From NCBI RefSeq assembly GCF_018350175.1, contig NC_058369.1, positions 9,240,001 to 9,304,000 of the forward strand: DNA of 64,000 nucleotides. Reading direction: 5' to 3'. The position numbers and the translations under genes are program-made. This DNA comes from Felis catus (Eukaryota). The notes under the pieces were generated by a model. It saw only the letters and a program-made list of their open reading frames with translations. It did no database searches and had not been told where the DNA came from. Positions 49,893 through 63,350 of this stretch are shown one piece after another. The number at the start of each line of letters is the position of its first letter. Positions within the stretch are counted from its first letter, which is position 1.

Positions 49893-52800
49893 TAAGATCG
49901 ACAGAAGAAATGACAAAATGTAAAGAAGAGGTTCCTCAAACGGGGGGAGAAGAAATTTTGAGACGTGGAAAAATCCCCCAGCCCAGCCCCACCGAAAAAG
50001 CAAAAATTAGACGTCGTCAGCCACTCAGCCCTTCTCTCCTCCAGCCCGGGGACCCCTGCAGGCCCCCAGAAGCAGCCCAGTTCTCGGAGAGCCCTCGGAA
50101 GAGGTCTCGGTGGAGCTGTGCACCAGCAGCCAAGCAGAAAGAAACATGCAACACGGACTCTGTTAAGTAGAGGACAGAAAGAAAGAAAGGATGCGGCAGA
50201 ACTGCCTTTCTCCCCTCCCTACCCCGCCCCAACCTTCCGGGGAAGGAACAAAATCAACCCAACAAAGCAACCAGCACGGTTCTAAAGGGCCTCTCCTCCA
50301 CCGTCACCCTTCCTAGGGGAACCCCACCCCCAACTCAGTCCGGGAGCTTCACTAGGGAGCTCAGAGGACAAGCTTGTACAAATGACGGGGTGCAGATCCA
50401 GAGGGTTCTCCCTCCGGACTCTGCCTCCTCCCTGCCTGTCTCCCTCTCTCCCAACCCCCTCCCCACCCCCTCTGCCTTGGCCTCTGGCTTCTCCCCGCCC
50501 CCCTCCGCCCCCCCCCCCCTCCCCCAGCTGCTTTGGACTAGGTGAGGCACGGTGGCTTCCAGGTTTCCCTGCCCTACCTTTGGGCTAGAAGGCCCCCCCA
50601 CCTCCCGCCGGGGCGGCCAGGAAGCGTCCTCTGGAGCTAGCTTCTTGCTCCTGGAATGGAGGGCGTTCTGCCACTCCACCCTGAGCTTCGGGCGTAGTTT
50701 CAGGGCCCCAGACTTCTCTGTACAGTCCACAGGAAAAAGTCGGAATGCTACAACAGCCCGTCCCAGCCTGGGACAGGCCCCCTCTTCCCTCCTCTCTGCA
50801 GGCCAGGAAAATCACTCTCTTGCCACGCCACAAGTGAGGGGAGGCGGGCCCTAGGTCGCCCCCACACCCCAGCCCCGCATGCAGGTGCCCTCGCTCCGCC
50901 CCACCGGTCCCTGCCCCTGCCCCTCACACAGACAGCCCTGCTGTGGCCGGGGCCGGAGAGTGGAGCAGAAAGGGGACCCCGGAGCCGAGCGAGGAGGACG
51001 AGGCAGCCGCCACTGCCATTGGCTAAGCCGCCACCTGCGCTAGGTAGGCGTCCTGCTCGCCGACTTTCAGTTCCTTTGGAGGGTGTTGGGTGTTGTCCTT
51101 TTTCAAAAGTGTTTTGGAGCTTTCTCTGTCCGCCCCCCCCCCCAGCCCCACTTTCTCCACCACATGGGCCTCCTGGCCACTTCTCTCTGGATTTCAGCTG
51201 TAATGTCTTTACTCTTTATTTAGGGGTGGGGCATTCATCGTTTGGGTCTTTTGCTGTTGCAATTGGGAACGCCTCCATTTGAGCAACTTGGGAACAATTT
51301 GGTAACACACGACAGGAAGTAGCTCTCCTCTCCCCCTCCCTGCAGCCCCTTCCTCCTCCCAAGGGATGGACGGGGGCCTGTCCAGAGGGTCTTCAGAAGC
51401 CCCCTGGGAGGGAGGGAAGCAAGAGCATGCCCAGCCCCCCCTCCAGGGTGTGACTTGGCCCCTCTGGCTTGTCTTTCTGTGCCTTACTCCCTCCTCCCTG
51501 CATCTCCCTTCCCAGGCCCCCTTCTCGAGTCCTCGTGCCTCTCTCTCTTTCTTAACTGTATGAAAACACAAAGCACAGGTCAGGATCCTCTGAAAGTCAG
51601 TCAACCCAACATTGCACCGCAGGGGCGGGTTGTGGGCTTTATTTATTGTGAATCTAGTTTGCGAGGCTGTGGCCCCAGCGGGGAGGGAGGGAAGGAGGGG
51701 AGGGAGCTGGCTGGGGAGGCCAGGAGGGCCCTTACCTGGGGCCGAAGGGGCCAGCGCGCGGCGCGGTGCGGTCCTCGCCTGGAAGCCACAAGGCGGCTGG
51801 CCCCAGGAGTGGCTTTTGTTGGAAGTTGAGCGAAGGCCCTCCCCCCATCCGCGTGCAGCCCTCGGGGAAGACCGGGACTGAGAAGCAGGGGACAGGGGAT
51901 CCCACGGGAGCCTGGGGTGGGGGGCGTGGGGAGTAGGGCGGGGGGTGGGGGGGCCGGGTGGGCCGGGCGTGACGCGCGGTCAAAGTGCAATGATTTTTCA
52001 GTTTGGTTGGCTAAACAGGGTCAGAGCTGAGAGGGGAGCGGAAGGGACCCCCTGCCCGGCCGCACGCGCCCCTTCCCTCGAAGACAATCGGGGCCGCGGG
52101 CGCGGTGGGCCCGCGGGAGCCGGGGTCGGCGGGGCGCCCGCCCGGGCGAGGTCGGAAGCTGCAGGCCAGCTGGGCCGGGGCGGGAGCGCGCCCGGCGGGG
52201 CTGCCCGGGCGGGCAGGGGTGGGGTGGGGGTGGGGGGCCGCTCCTTTCCCAAGTGTCGTTGTGAGGGGCAGGCGAGGGGCTACGAGGGCGACAGGAGATG
52301 TGGGGACGTGTTAGAAGAGAAAAAAAAACCCACAAAAAATATATATGGGGGAAATGAACTTTTTTTTTTTTCATTGAACCAAGTGCAATGCATCAGAGAG
52401 TTTTCCTATCTTTGTATGTTAAGAGATTGTTAAGAAAAATTCTATTTTTGTTGTAATGTCCTCGCGGCTCTGGGGACGCTAAAAGAACTGGGCCCGCCCC
52501 GCCCTGCGCGGGGATAACGAAAGCTGAGTGTTTTTTCCTTTTTTTTTTTTTTTTTTTTTGTTCGTTTTAAGTTTTTTTTTTTTTTTTAAGTCGTTTTCCT
52601 GCGTTGACGAGGATGATCTGGGGTTTTTATTTGTTTCGTCGTTCGTTCTCGGTTTCGGTGGGAGGGCTGAAGGAAACGTTCACATTTTAGAGTTTAAAAA
52701 AAAAAACACCTCGACACTAAAAAAAAAAAAAAAACACAAGATCAAAAAGGAAAAGGACGAGAGAAAATTATTTTTAAGATAATTCAACATAAAAACCCTG

Positions 52801-54225
52801 GTGCTTCTTACATTATAAAGTACGTTTTAAAAAAAAACCCACAAACTATTATACATAAGTTTATGAATCAATTAAATATCCTGCACTTGTTAGGAACACG
52901 CATATCCCTTCTTTGTTGAGTTTAACGGAACGGGACAGCGGCATACGCCCGGCGGCTGGGCTGCTCTGGTCGCGGGTCTCCCCGGGCGCCCCCTCCCCAG
53001 GGCCCAGCGCCCCCCTCCTCGCCCCATCCCCGTCCGGGCACGGGGGCGCGGCGGGGGGGTCCCCAGCCCCTCCCCCGCAGAGGTCAATGCCAACGAACAA
53101 ACGTCCCCTCCCTCCCTCCCTCTCCCTCTCCCTCTCCCTCTCCGCCCCGAGCGCCCTTCTTTGAGCCAGACGCCAACTTGACCCTCACCAGCATTATCAG
53201 GAGCGCGCTCAGCAAGTTGGTAGTTACCCTCCCTTTTCCCCGGCGCCCCCAACTCAACATCATTCCTCCAACCCCTACCCCTAGCCCCGTCACCCACCGG
53301 GGAGCACGAGGAAGGCTCGAAGCTCCAGGACAGGACCAGCCAAGCTGACAGGTCGATTCGCCCAGGCCCGCGCCCGCACGCACGCACGCACACGGCCCCG
53401 CACACAGCCCCACCCCACCCTGCAACCAGCCCCGTCGACTGCCTTACACACCCGCCCCCGCGCTGGCCGGCCGACCTAGTGCCTTGTTCTCACCCCCGTG
53501 CTGGCGGAGCGGACGCCGCGCTCTGGGTCCCAGAGGGGCCGGGTGGCTCAGACGACCCACCATTTCCTCACCCCGACCGTGCTGAACGGACCCCCCCCCC
53601 CACATGAGAGAAAATAAAGGAGCAATAAAGTCACGAGAAATTTCGTCCCCCAATCGAGAGCCCGAGGGGCACCCCAGCCCCGCCTCTGCTCCCCCCCACC
53701 CCCCCACCCTCGGGGCGCCCCCCTCCCCCCCAAGCCAGCCTGGGCCAGCCCCGCTTCGGCCCCTCCCGGGAGATCCGTGCGCCCGACCAGCACCAGCATC
53801 GCGGACCGCAAAGGCCGCCCGTCCCGTCAAACAAGTTTCTTCTTAGGCTAAGAAACGCAGTATATACGAGTATCTCTATATATAGTACTAATGGATTTGG
53901 TGTGCTTCCCCCTTAGCGTCCCCCGTCCCTCCGCTCCTCTTCCTTCAGCCTGGTCTCCCCCTCTCTCTGCCCTCCACCCCCGTCTCTGCACTGAGATACA
54001 TAAGAAACAAGGGTAGTTTACTGTCTGTTTTGTTTTCTGGGTTTTCAGTGTCCTAGCGGAATGCAAGTAGGCAGCCAGCCCGTATGTTCCCTCTCTGCCC
54101 CGCCCCGCCCCGCCCCGCCCCCGTCACTGCGCTTCTGTTATACCATCTTTGCCTGACTCTCTCCGGCTTCTCCATTGAATGGCTAATGTGTATGTGAAAT
54201 AAAGAAATAAAGAAAAACAAAAGTA
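49893..54225 (+). other. NFIX: NFIX long 3'UTR
   Basis: Follows the stop codon; U/A tracts and miRNA seeds; ends after tandem AATAAA; end approximate. Confidence 0.8.
54198..54211 (+). terminator. NFIX: NFIX tandem polyadenylation signals
   Basis: AATAAA at 54198-54203 and 54206-54211. Confidence 0.85.
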
Positions 54226-54464
54226 AGAGCGCCCGAGCCTTTGCTAACGCCGTCGTGCGGGACCGGTTCGGGATCGGTGGGGGGAGGGTCCCGGCGTCGA
54301 TTCTGCGCCTCCCTCGGCGCACCTGGCGCGCCGCAGACGCGGTCCAGGAGCGCGTATCCATGAGTCTCCAGGAGGGGGCGCCGGCGAGAAGGGCAAAGAC
54401 CAGCCCCCTACCCCGTCCCTCCCCGCCTCTCTCGGTGACCCCAGCCCGGAAAAAAAGGCACCAC

Positions 54465-54470
54465 TTTAGT
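54465..54470 (-). terminator. LYL1: probable LYL1 variant poly(A) signal ACTAAA
   Basis: Best PAS-like hexamer I found downstream of the stop before the NFIX end; followed by GTGGTG and U7. Confidence 0.5.
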
Positions 54471-54758
54471 CCGATGACCTGTCTGCCATGTTGGTTCCCG
54501 GACCTCGTCCCCCGGAGGAAGACGCGGGAAAGGTCATTTCCAGCGGGCGGTGGGTGATAAAAAGGCCTACAGGGCCCCCGCGGGCGACAGTCGCCCCTCC
54601 AGATCCCCGGGCCCTATTCCCCCGTTGGGAACGTCCTCACTGGTCCCTCTTCCGGGGAGTTCGCTCCAGAGCAGGCGTAGAGCATCGGCCGCCCCTCTCT
54701 CGACCGCCCCGGGCTGAATTCCCGGTGCCCCTCGGCTCCGAGGCCACGCCCGCGGAGG

Positions 54759-55180
54759 TCACCGCACCTCAGGGCTCACGGCCGCTCGTTCCGTCTTGAT
54801 GGGCCGGGCCGCCCCATCGGGGCTGCCGTCGGGGCCGGCCGGGGGCGCGGGCTGCGAGCGCATCACTGATTCGGCCCTGCGACACGGCCCGCGGCGGGCG
54901 CTGTCGTTCGGGCCCCGGTGCGCTGGCCCTGGCCGTCTGCGGGGCCCGGGCGGGGCGGGGCCTGCGGCCAGAGCGGCCGCCTGGTCGCGCAGCAGCCGCA
55001 CCAGGAAGCCGATGTATTTCATGGCCAGGCGGAGCACCTCGTTCTTGCTCAGCTTCCGGTCGGGCGGGTGCGTTGGCAGCAGCTTCCTGAGCTCTGCGAA
55101 GGCGCCGTTCACGTTCTGCTGCCGCCAGCGCTCCCGGCTGTTGGTGAACACACGCCGGGCCACCTTCTGGGGCTGGTGCC
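54759..55180 (-). CDS. LYL1: LYL1 last coding exon, bHLH domain ([64 protein letters not shown])
   Basis: TAL1/LYL1-type bHLH; ttccccag| acceptor; TGA at 54759-54761. Confidence 0.98.
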
Positions 55181-56058
55181 CTGGGGAACACGAGGGGCAG
55201 GTTTGGCGCGGAGGCCCAGGGGGCGCCCCCTGGGGCCCTCACTTCAGCGCCCAGAATCTCCGAGGGGACTTCCACACAGGCGGCGCGGGCTGGGGCTTTT
55301 TCCACGCAAGGGCTCCACAAGTAGGATCCATGGGTAGCTCCCCTGCTGGGTAGCCACCCCTCTCCCACCCCACTCACCCCAGCGGCCTAGACAAGGACCG
55401 TCACCGGCCCAGGCTGCAGGCAGCCGAAGCCTTCCGAACCCGACTGTCCACACTTCTATGTCAATGGCCGAGACTCCCTAGGGACATGTTTCCTGTGGCT
55501 GTCAGTCTGGAGAGCTGTCCTTGCCGTCCCCATTCTGAGTGTGGCCCTGCACGTGGCTGGATGTGCACACGGGGCTGGGAGGTTCTCTGGGTGTGAACGT
55601 GGGCCTGCGCGTCTTGGGTGGCTGGCTGAACTCCTGGGATATCTAAATGGCTGTGGTTGCCTATGATCATTGCCGGGTGCTTGTGGTCGTGTGGCTGTGG
55701 TTCTGTGGCTGACTCTGGTGGGGCCATGGTCCTGAGTGGCTGTGGTTGTGTGGCTGTCCCTGCTGTGGTGGTCGTCCTGTGGCTGTTCCCTGAGTGGCCG
55801 TGCATTCGACTGGAGCTGTCATTTCGCGGCCCCCATGCCACGGTACGTTTTGCCATGACGTTTTGCCGTGGCTTGTTGGGTGGCTGTGGTCGTGTGGGAC
55901 AGGCCCCGGGCCTGTGGTTTTTGCACAGGAGTGTAACCTGAGCACTGAGCCCCCGTGTGGGCTATCCTGTGTGTGCCTGGGCGCACCTGCAACAGCTGTC
56001 CCCGTGGAAGACGCGAGCCCCCGCAGAGATGGCGACACACACACGAACCCGCACTCAC

Positions 56059-56150
56059 CCTCGGCCAGCTCCAGCTCACAGTGGCTAGGTCTCCGCTTCA
56101 GCCGGCTGCTGGGGAAGATGCCAAAAGGTCCTGCCGGCCCAATGTAGAGG
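56059..56150 (-). CDS. LYL1: LYL1 middle coding exon ([30 protein letters not shown])
   Basis: cttacag| 92 nt |gtgagt; frame continuous. Confidence 0.95.
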
Positions 56151-56234
56151 CTGTAAGGGGTCGTGGGTCACTAACGCCTTGTGGGCAAGGACCCTGGCCC
56201 CGAATTCCCCCCAGGTCCCAGCCCCCCCACTGAC

Positions 56235-56566
56235 CTGTTGAGAAAGGGGTGAGGGTGGTAATGCAGGGCCAGGGGGGGCGGGACAGTTCCCAGGGTAGAG
56301 AGTTGCAGCAGCGGGGGCCGCAGGGTGCTCAGCTCTGTGGTGGCCATGGTTGCCGCGGGAGGCCTGGTGTGGCCCAGGCTGATCACTGGCACGCCAGGGG
56401 GCAGCCTGGGGGGCGAGGAGCCTCGGTGGCCAACCTCCTTCACCTTTGGGGGCCCAGGTGAGGCAGGCTTGGGGGGCGGAGCGGGCGCTGGGCTGGGGGC
56501 ACACACCATTTCCGCCTTCTCAGTCATGGTGGGGCCCACCTCTGTCTGGGCCTGGGGAGGGCACAT
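56235..56566 (-). CDS. LYL1: LYL1 first coding exon ([28 protein letters not shown]); full protein 281 aa
   Basis: ATG at 56566; exon starts at 56587 after cag; donor |gtcagt; 332+92+422 = 846 nt. Confidence 0.96.
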
Positions 56567-57504
56567 GGACCCCGAAGGGGTGCTCACCTGCGGGAGACAA
56601 GGAAGCCGGTGGGGAGGGAAGACTCAGATGCCACGCACATCCCTTAGCCCAGCAGAGCCCTCAAATGAGAGGGAAAAGGTGGGGGTGGGGGTGGCGGTGG
56701 GGGTTCGGTGGGCAAAAGCAGGCGGGCTCCGAAACCACCAGGACACGGGAGGGGACCTGACGCAAGGGCAGGAGGTACCCAGTGACCCCCCTGGGCAGCG
56801 CTGAGCTGGGCAGTGCTATCTCTGAGCTGTTTGTGACCCACGAGGGCCTCAGCTGCCCAGCTCCTGAGCAAATTTCCCTTATTCCAGAATGCCTTCTCAC
56901 CTGGAGGCGGGAGCGAGGGGCGAGGCCAGGAACCCATGACGGATCCTGCGGCCCCCAGGATGACCCCGTAACCTTCAGATCTGATCCCAAGACCCCTCAC
57001 CGGTAGCGTGTGACCTTAGAATCCCTCTGTAATTGACTCTGGCCCTTCACCGATTCCCCCCACCCCTCCCCCAGCTGACCATGTGGCCCTCAGCTATGAC
57101 CCCGAGAGGCTCTTCCCAACGCCTCCCTGTCACACCCTGAAAGTCCTCTATAATCGCTCCGTTGACGCCCGCCCCCCACTGAAAATGTCCCCCTTACTAA
57201 CCCTGTAACCCCACTGCTGACATGATGATAAAAAATGCTGACCCAGGATCCCAAACACTGACTCCACTGCCCAGTAGACAGGGTCATGTCCCAATCCTTC
57301 TCTGGCCCTATCAGCAGCCTCCCCCACCCTCCCCACCCCATCAGCATCCACTCCTTTGCAACCTGCGTAGCCGTCCCTGTTCACTCTTGGCCCCACGGCT
57401 CGGAGTGTCCCAGCAACTTCTGGGACTCCTGGCCCCTCTGTCCTGTCTTCCCTACCTAGGCCCTGGGCTCTCAGTGAGCACCCCTTCCCGCCCCCCCCCC
57501 CCAT

Positions 57505-57547
57505 TGAATGAATGAATGAATGAATGAAGGATGGATGGAATGAATGA
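57505..57547. repeat. (GAAT/GGAT)n tetranucleotide repeat
   Basis: Directly visible. Confidence 0.85.
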
Positions 57548-57596
57548 ACACAGGCGGTCCCAGGATACTCCACCTTCAGGCGGACTCCACTCTTAC

Positions 57597-57890
57597 CCCG
57601 GCGCTGGTCCTGCTGCCTGGTGAGAGCCCCGGCTCTGTCCTGCAGGGCCAGGATGCGGGTTCGGCTGCAGGCCAGGCTCCGTGGCCCTGATCCGGTCCGG
57701 CCTCAGCGCTCTGGGCCGCTGGGAGCTTGCCGCCCCCTCCCGGCAGCGACGTCGGGCCGCGCCTCTTCCCGGGCTCGCTAGGGCCCCCGCGACGGCGGCG
57801 TGGATCCCTCGAGGGAAAGTGAGCTGCTCCTGGCCGGCCCGCCCTCTCCCCGCCCCCGGCGGCCCAGTTTCCTCCCTCTCACCCCCGGGC
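57597..57890 (-). other. LYL1: probable LYL1 non-coding exon 1 (5' end uncertain)
   Basis: Donor GGG|GTAAGA at 57596, inside a CpG island just downstream of GATA/ETS motifs. Confidence 0.6.
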
Positions 57891-58050
57891 CGCGCCGGAG
57901 GATGCCGGGCCGGCACAGATAAGGCCCTGGCCGACTGGCCGCGCCTGATAAGGAGCCGGGCTGACCCCGGAGGAAACCGGCGGGCGGGGAGCTCCGAGCC
58001 GGGGCCTCACGGCCCCGCCCCCGGCCGGCGACGGACAGGGCCGTCACCCC
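57890..58050 (-). promoter_or_regulatory. LYL1: LYL1 promoter with paired GATA sites, ETS core and GC box
   Basis: AGATAAG 57917-57923, TGATAAG 57946-57952, GGAA 57972-57975, ccccgccccc ~58013. Confidence 0.8.
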
Positions 58051-59768
58051 TCAGGGCCTCACCTTAACGTCCTCCCAGGCACTGGAGTGGCCCAGGGTCT
58101 CTGAGGACCCCGACCCAGCGCGCCGCTGGGAGTGAGGTACCCGGATGCACGCAGAGGGGGAAACTGAGGCAGGGAAGCAGCAGCCTCCAGTATCGCGCTT
58201 GGGTTTCACCTCCGGCTTTGAACACCCCCTGCCCAAGTGTCCGCGCTGATGGGGGTGGAGGAGAGCCCTTTCCGGCAGTCTGCGGCCTCGTGACCCAGGG
58301 CCCCCTCCTGCTCCTCCTCTCCTCACCCTGCTTTGTTCCTCTTTTTACAGACCGCCTGCCGGGCTTCGCGCCACCCCCACCCCAGACTGGGGCACTGGAG
58401 GGAAGGCAGTTCTGACAGTCTGCCCTCGCGTGTCCTGCCTGGCCCAAGTGTCCTGGGCCCCCAGGCCTGCTCTCCACACCACCTTTTCAGGCCCAGGAGG
58501 GTGAGAGGAAGCACCATGGCTGGGAGGGACTTCCTAGGGAGCCAGGGCTGGCAGAATCTTACAATAGGTGCTCCCAGCCCGCCCTGTGGCCACGTGGATC
58601 CTCTAGGCCACCGGGTCACACAGCCCCGACTTGATGGTCTCTGGCCCTCCTCCCACATCACAGGCCGCTTTGAGGACGGTGATAAAGAGGTGTTGGGCAA
58701 GCATCTTGCAGTGGTGGGAAGCTCAACACCCGGCTGGAGCCTGCTAGAAAGGCGAAAGGCAGGGCCCTGGGAATAGCTAGGGAGCAGGGACAAGACTATA
58801 CTTTTCTCCAGGCCCCCCTCGCCCGCGTCCATCACACTTTGCCTCCAGTGTATCTGGGGGCCTGCAGGAGCAGCCCAGCACGGATACTACCACCACCCTC
58901 CCGGGAGTCTGGTGAAGCCCCGAGCCAGCCGGCCTCCAACCATCCCACTGCCCCAGGGAAGCGCGAGGTCAGCTCTGAGCCCCCAAGTTAACGGATCACC
59001 CCAACAAACTAGGTTCTGGGATTAGGTTCCTTTTACAGGTGGGGAGGAAGCCAAGGGAAAGGTGTTTGCGGGGGGCCCACGGCTACCACGTGGGGGTGGG
59101 GATTCTGCCCTAAGCCTCTCCGTTAACGTTGCTAACCCTCCGTCCCGGAGGGGAGGGGAAGCGGCAGGCCGGCTAGTGCCTCAGTGTGCTCGACTGAGGG
59201 GCCGCGGAGCAGGAAGCACCTGGCCTGGAGCGGATGCACAAGGCGCCTGGTTCCGGTCCGGCTTCCGCCACCGCGGCCCTGTGGGGAGCTCGGCCAGAGA
59301 AACCGGGCGGCGACGCGAGGCAGGGTAGGGGCTGGGTGACTGGAGGGCCCGCCTGTGTCTGGGTGCACGCCAACAGGGGGGGCGGAGGCCCCACGAACAC
59401 GAGCGCACGGCTGCCGCCCCGTGGCCGGCTGGGGAACTGCAGGCGCCAGCAAAGGGGCGGGGGGTGGGGGCTGAGCGCCTCGTGCTGCGGGACAGACCAT
59501 CCCGCTGGCCGACGGTCAGCTCCCACACCCCCATACAGACAGAACACTCCAGATGGCAATACTGACAGCACTTCGGTCGGGCAGGGACAAACAAACCTCC
59601 AGATGCGTAGCGCTTCCCCAGGGAGTGAAACAAAAAAAGATGCACAGAGGAACACACGCTCCAGACATGCAGCTGGAGAGACGGACAGAGCCCCTAAGGC
59701 AGATGGACAGACAGACCCACAGGCAGCCTCCCGACTCAGACGAATGGCAGTCGGAAAGGTGACATATC

Positions 59769-59774
59769 TTTATT
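59769..59774 (-). terminator. TRMT1: TRMT1 poly(A) signal AATAAA
   Basis: TGA GCC AATAAA on the - strand. Confidence 0.9.
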
Positions 59775-59777
59775 GGC

Positions 59778-59927
59778 TCAGTCTACACCCGGACCAGCGG
59801 CAACGCCAGACCCAGGCGGGTTCTGGTAAGAGGTCTTGGGATGGTCAGGTGAGGCGGCTGCAGCGGTGTCCTCGGGTGTTGGGGGGCTGTGGGAGTAGCA
59901 GCACTGCTCCCCGCGTTGACAGGTGCC
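59778..59927 (-). CDS. TRMT1: TRMT1 last exon ([18 protein letters not shown]), second half of CCCH zinc finger
   Basis: cccaccag| acceptor; 150 nt to TGA. Confidence 0.95.
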   Translation of the reverse strand, partial: GTCQRGEQCCYSHSPPTPEDTAAAASPDHPKTSYQNPPGSGVAAGPGVD

Positions 59928-60099
59928 CTGGTGGGAGAACGGTGGGTGTGAACCCTGGCTCGGTGCTCAGCAGCCTCTGCTGGGTCCCCTTCCTAGACGG
60001 GGAGCTCGCTCGCACGCCCTGCCCACCCCGGTTTTCCCAGCCCTGCTGCAGGGAGGGCGATCCCTGGGTGCTGCTGTGTGGGTGGTGGGGGTGCCTCAC

Positions 60100-60229
60100 C
60101 TCCTTGAATCTTTTACAGGGAAAGGACTTGAGCCGGGCAGCCCGCTGGACCGGGTCCTCAGCTGGCTCCTTTCTCTTATTCTGGTGCAGCCTGCGTCTCT
60201 CCTCCATAGCTTCACCTGCGGCCTTGCCC
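60100..60229 (-). CDS. TRMT1: TRMT1 exon ([29 protein letters not shown])
   Basis: AG/GT, 130 nt, in frame. Confidence 0.95.
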
Positions 60230-60304
60230 CTGTGCAGGCAGAGGAGTAGCTGGGACCCCATCCTGCCCCGGGCCAAGCCCCACCGCCACCCGCGCTCTCA
60301 CTCA

Positions 60305-61392
<1,088 letters not shown>

Positions 61393-61457
61393 TCAGGGGA
61401 CGCTGGGCCTGACCATGTCCCGGCCTCGCACCCCCATCTGGTCAGGCCAGCCCTCAC

Positions 61458-61566
61458 CCAGCAGCGCATGATGTCCCAGAGGGCTGAGGAGGGGGCATCC
61501 GTCTTCACGGCATTCTTACAGGCGTGGGAGAGTGAGACCCGGAAGCCGGCATGGAGGAGGGCTGAC
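61458..61566 (-). CDS. TRMT1: TRMT1 exon ([36 protein letters not shown])
   Basis: AG/GT, 109 nt; Trm1 KTDAP motif. Confidence 0.96.
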
Positions 61567-61784
61567 CTGGGGACCAAGAGGGGCCGTGGGTGGGGGGCGG
61601 GGGGCCGGACCCCAAAGCCAGTGCTGATCCGTGCGGGTGTGACGCAGCTGAACGTCTCACGGTGACTACACGGCCCGGGTAATGCCAGTGATCGTGATGG
61701 GGAGACTATCTCCCTCCCCAAGGCTCGAGGCCTCCGCGCTCTCTTCTAAGCACCTGCACGTAGGCCTGTTGGAAAGCTGTTTTA

Positions 61785-62195
<411 letters not shown>

Positions 62196-62294
62196 CTACA
62201 GACACGTGGCGGGGGTGGGGGGGGGGAGCGAAGGGTCAGGTGTCAAGAGAGCCGGAACCCCAGCGTCCGCCTGGTTTCCCCGGCCCTGCCTCAC

Positions 62295-62364
62295 CTGGTG
62301 TCGCTGCCCACAGTGCTCACACTCAGGGCTGATCGGGGGACCACAGGCCGCAGAGAACTTGACC
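62295..62364 (-). CDS. TRMT1: TRMT1 exon ([23 protein letters not shown])
   Basis: AG/GT, 70 nt; CxxC. Confidence 0.95.
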
Positions 62365-62444
62365 CTGCGGAAAGAGGGGTGGTTAGGAGGCGGCGACCCT
62401 AGGACGCCTCCTTCACCTTCCTCCCCCGGCTCACCCGTGCTCAC

Positions 62445-62531
62445 CGGCCGCCAGAGGCTCCGGACGCTTTGCCAAGGCGCTGGAGGTGAAAGGTCCCGCA
62501 GCCCACACACTGGAACACCAGTGCCTGCTTG
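62445..62531 (-). CDS. TRMT1: TRMT1 exon ([28 protein letters not shown])
   Basis: AG/GT, 87 nt; CxxC. Confidence 0.95.
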
Positions 62532-62685
62532 CTGGGGGGGGGGGGGGGGGGCAGGACTCATAAGCTCCCCAACCTGACCACCGCACCCCAGCTCCTCCCC
62601 GTTAGGAGTCCCGTTTCCTCCCGTGCCCCAAAAGGCCCTGTTGCCCCCCTCTGTTCGTTGCTTCCCTTGCTTGCCCCAGACTAAC

Positions 62686-62834
62686 CTGGCTGAGGCCTTG
62701 ACTTTGGCCTGGCCGGTGAAGACGCGGACAAAAACTCTCACGTAGAAGTCAGCGCTGACGCTGAGCAGTGGCACCACAAAGCGCTGGTAGCAGTTGGCTC
62801 GGAGGTCCAGGCTGTGCAGGACGATCCTCAGGGC
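62686..62834 (-). CDS. TRMT1: TRMT1 exon ([49 protein letters not shown])
   Basis: AG/GT, 149 nt; DFYxRVF motif. Confidence 0.96.
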
Positions 62835-63239
62835 CTGAGGGTGGGAGGCGGGCATCAGCCAGCAGCCCTGCCTCCACGGACGCCTCCCAGCTACCCTGGG
62901 GCCACACCAGGTGCTCATAAGCACAGGCTCAGGGGCGGCTCCCGGTGTTGCAAGCCCAGGCCCAAGCGTCCTGGCTGTGTGACCCCTGCCAAGTGAATGC
63001 CTCAGTTCCCCCATCGACGGGATCACAACAGTCTATGTCTCTTTATGGGCCTCCTGGGGGTGCTACGTGGTTACGGAACGCACAGGCCCACCATCCAGGG
63101 CAGCAACATCCGTGTGCCCCGCGCTATGCGATGTGCTCCAAGGACCTGTGTTCCAGTTTTCCAGACTGACCTGGTGACAGGGCCCTTACGGAACAAAGCC
63201 AGGCCATCCTCCTTTCCGGCTCCCGCCCTCTCGAATCCC

Positions 63240-63350
63240 CACGGCAATTCACCATCGTGCGCATTTCACAGAGGCCAAAAGCGAGGCCCAGAAGGGTGAA
63301 ATGAATCACCCAAAGGCGCCAGCAAAGCTAGGATTTGAACCCAAAGCCAA
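63240..63350 (-). mobile_element. MIR relic
   Basis: catttcacagagg..gaggcccagaagggtgaaatga..ggatttgaaccc. Confidence 0.6.

Larger units (their letters stand above)
51700..55300. promoter_or_regulatory. CpG-rich domain spanning distal NFIX 3'UTR and LYL1 last exon
   Basis: Visibly high CpG density, interrupted by A/T tracts. Confidence 0.6.

Noticed and set aside
49175..50170. 331-aa ORF crossing the last NFIX acceptor
   Set aside because: Translates the intronic poly-T tract and is out of frame with SWFL*
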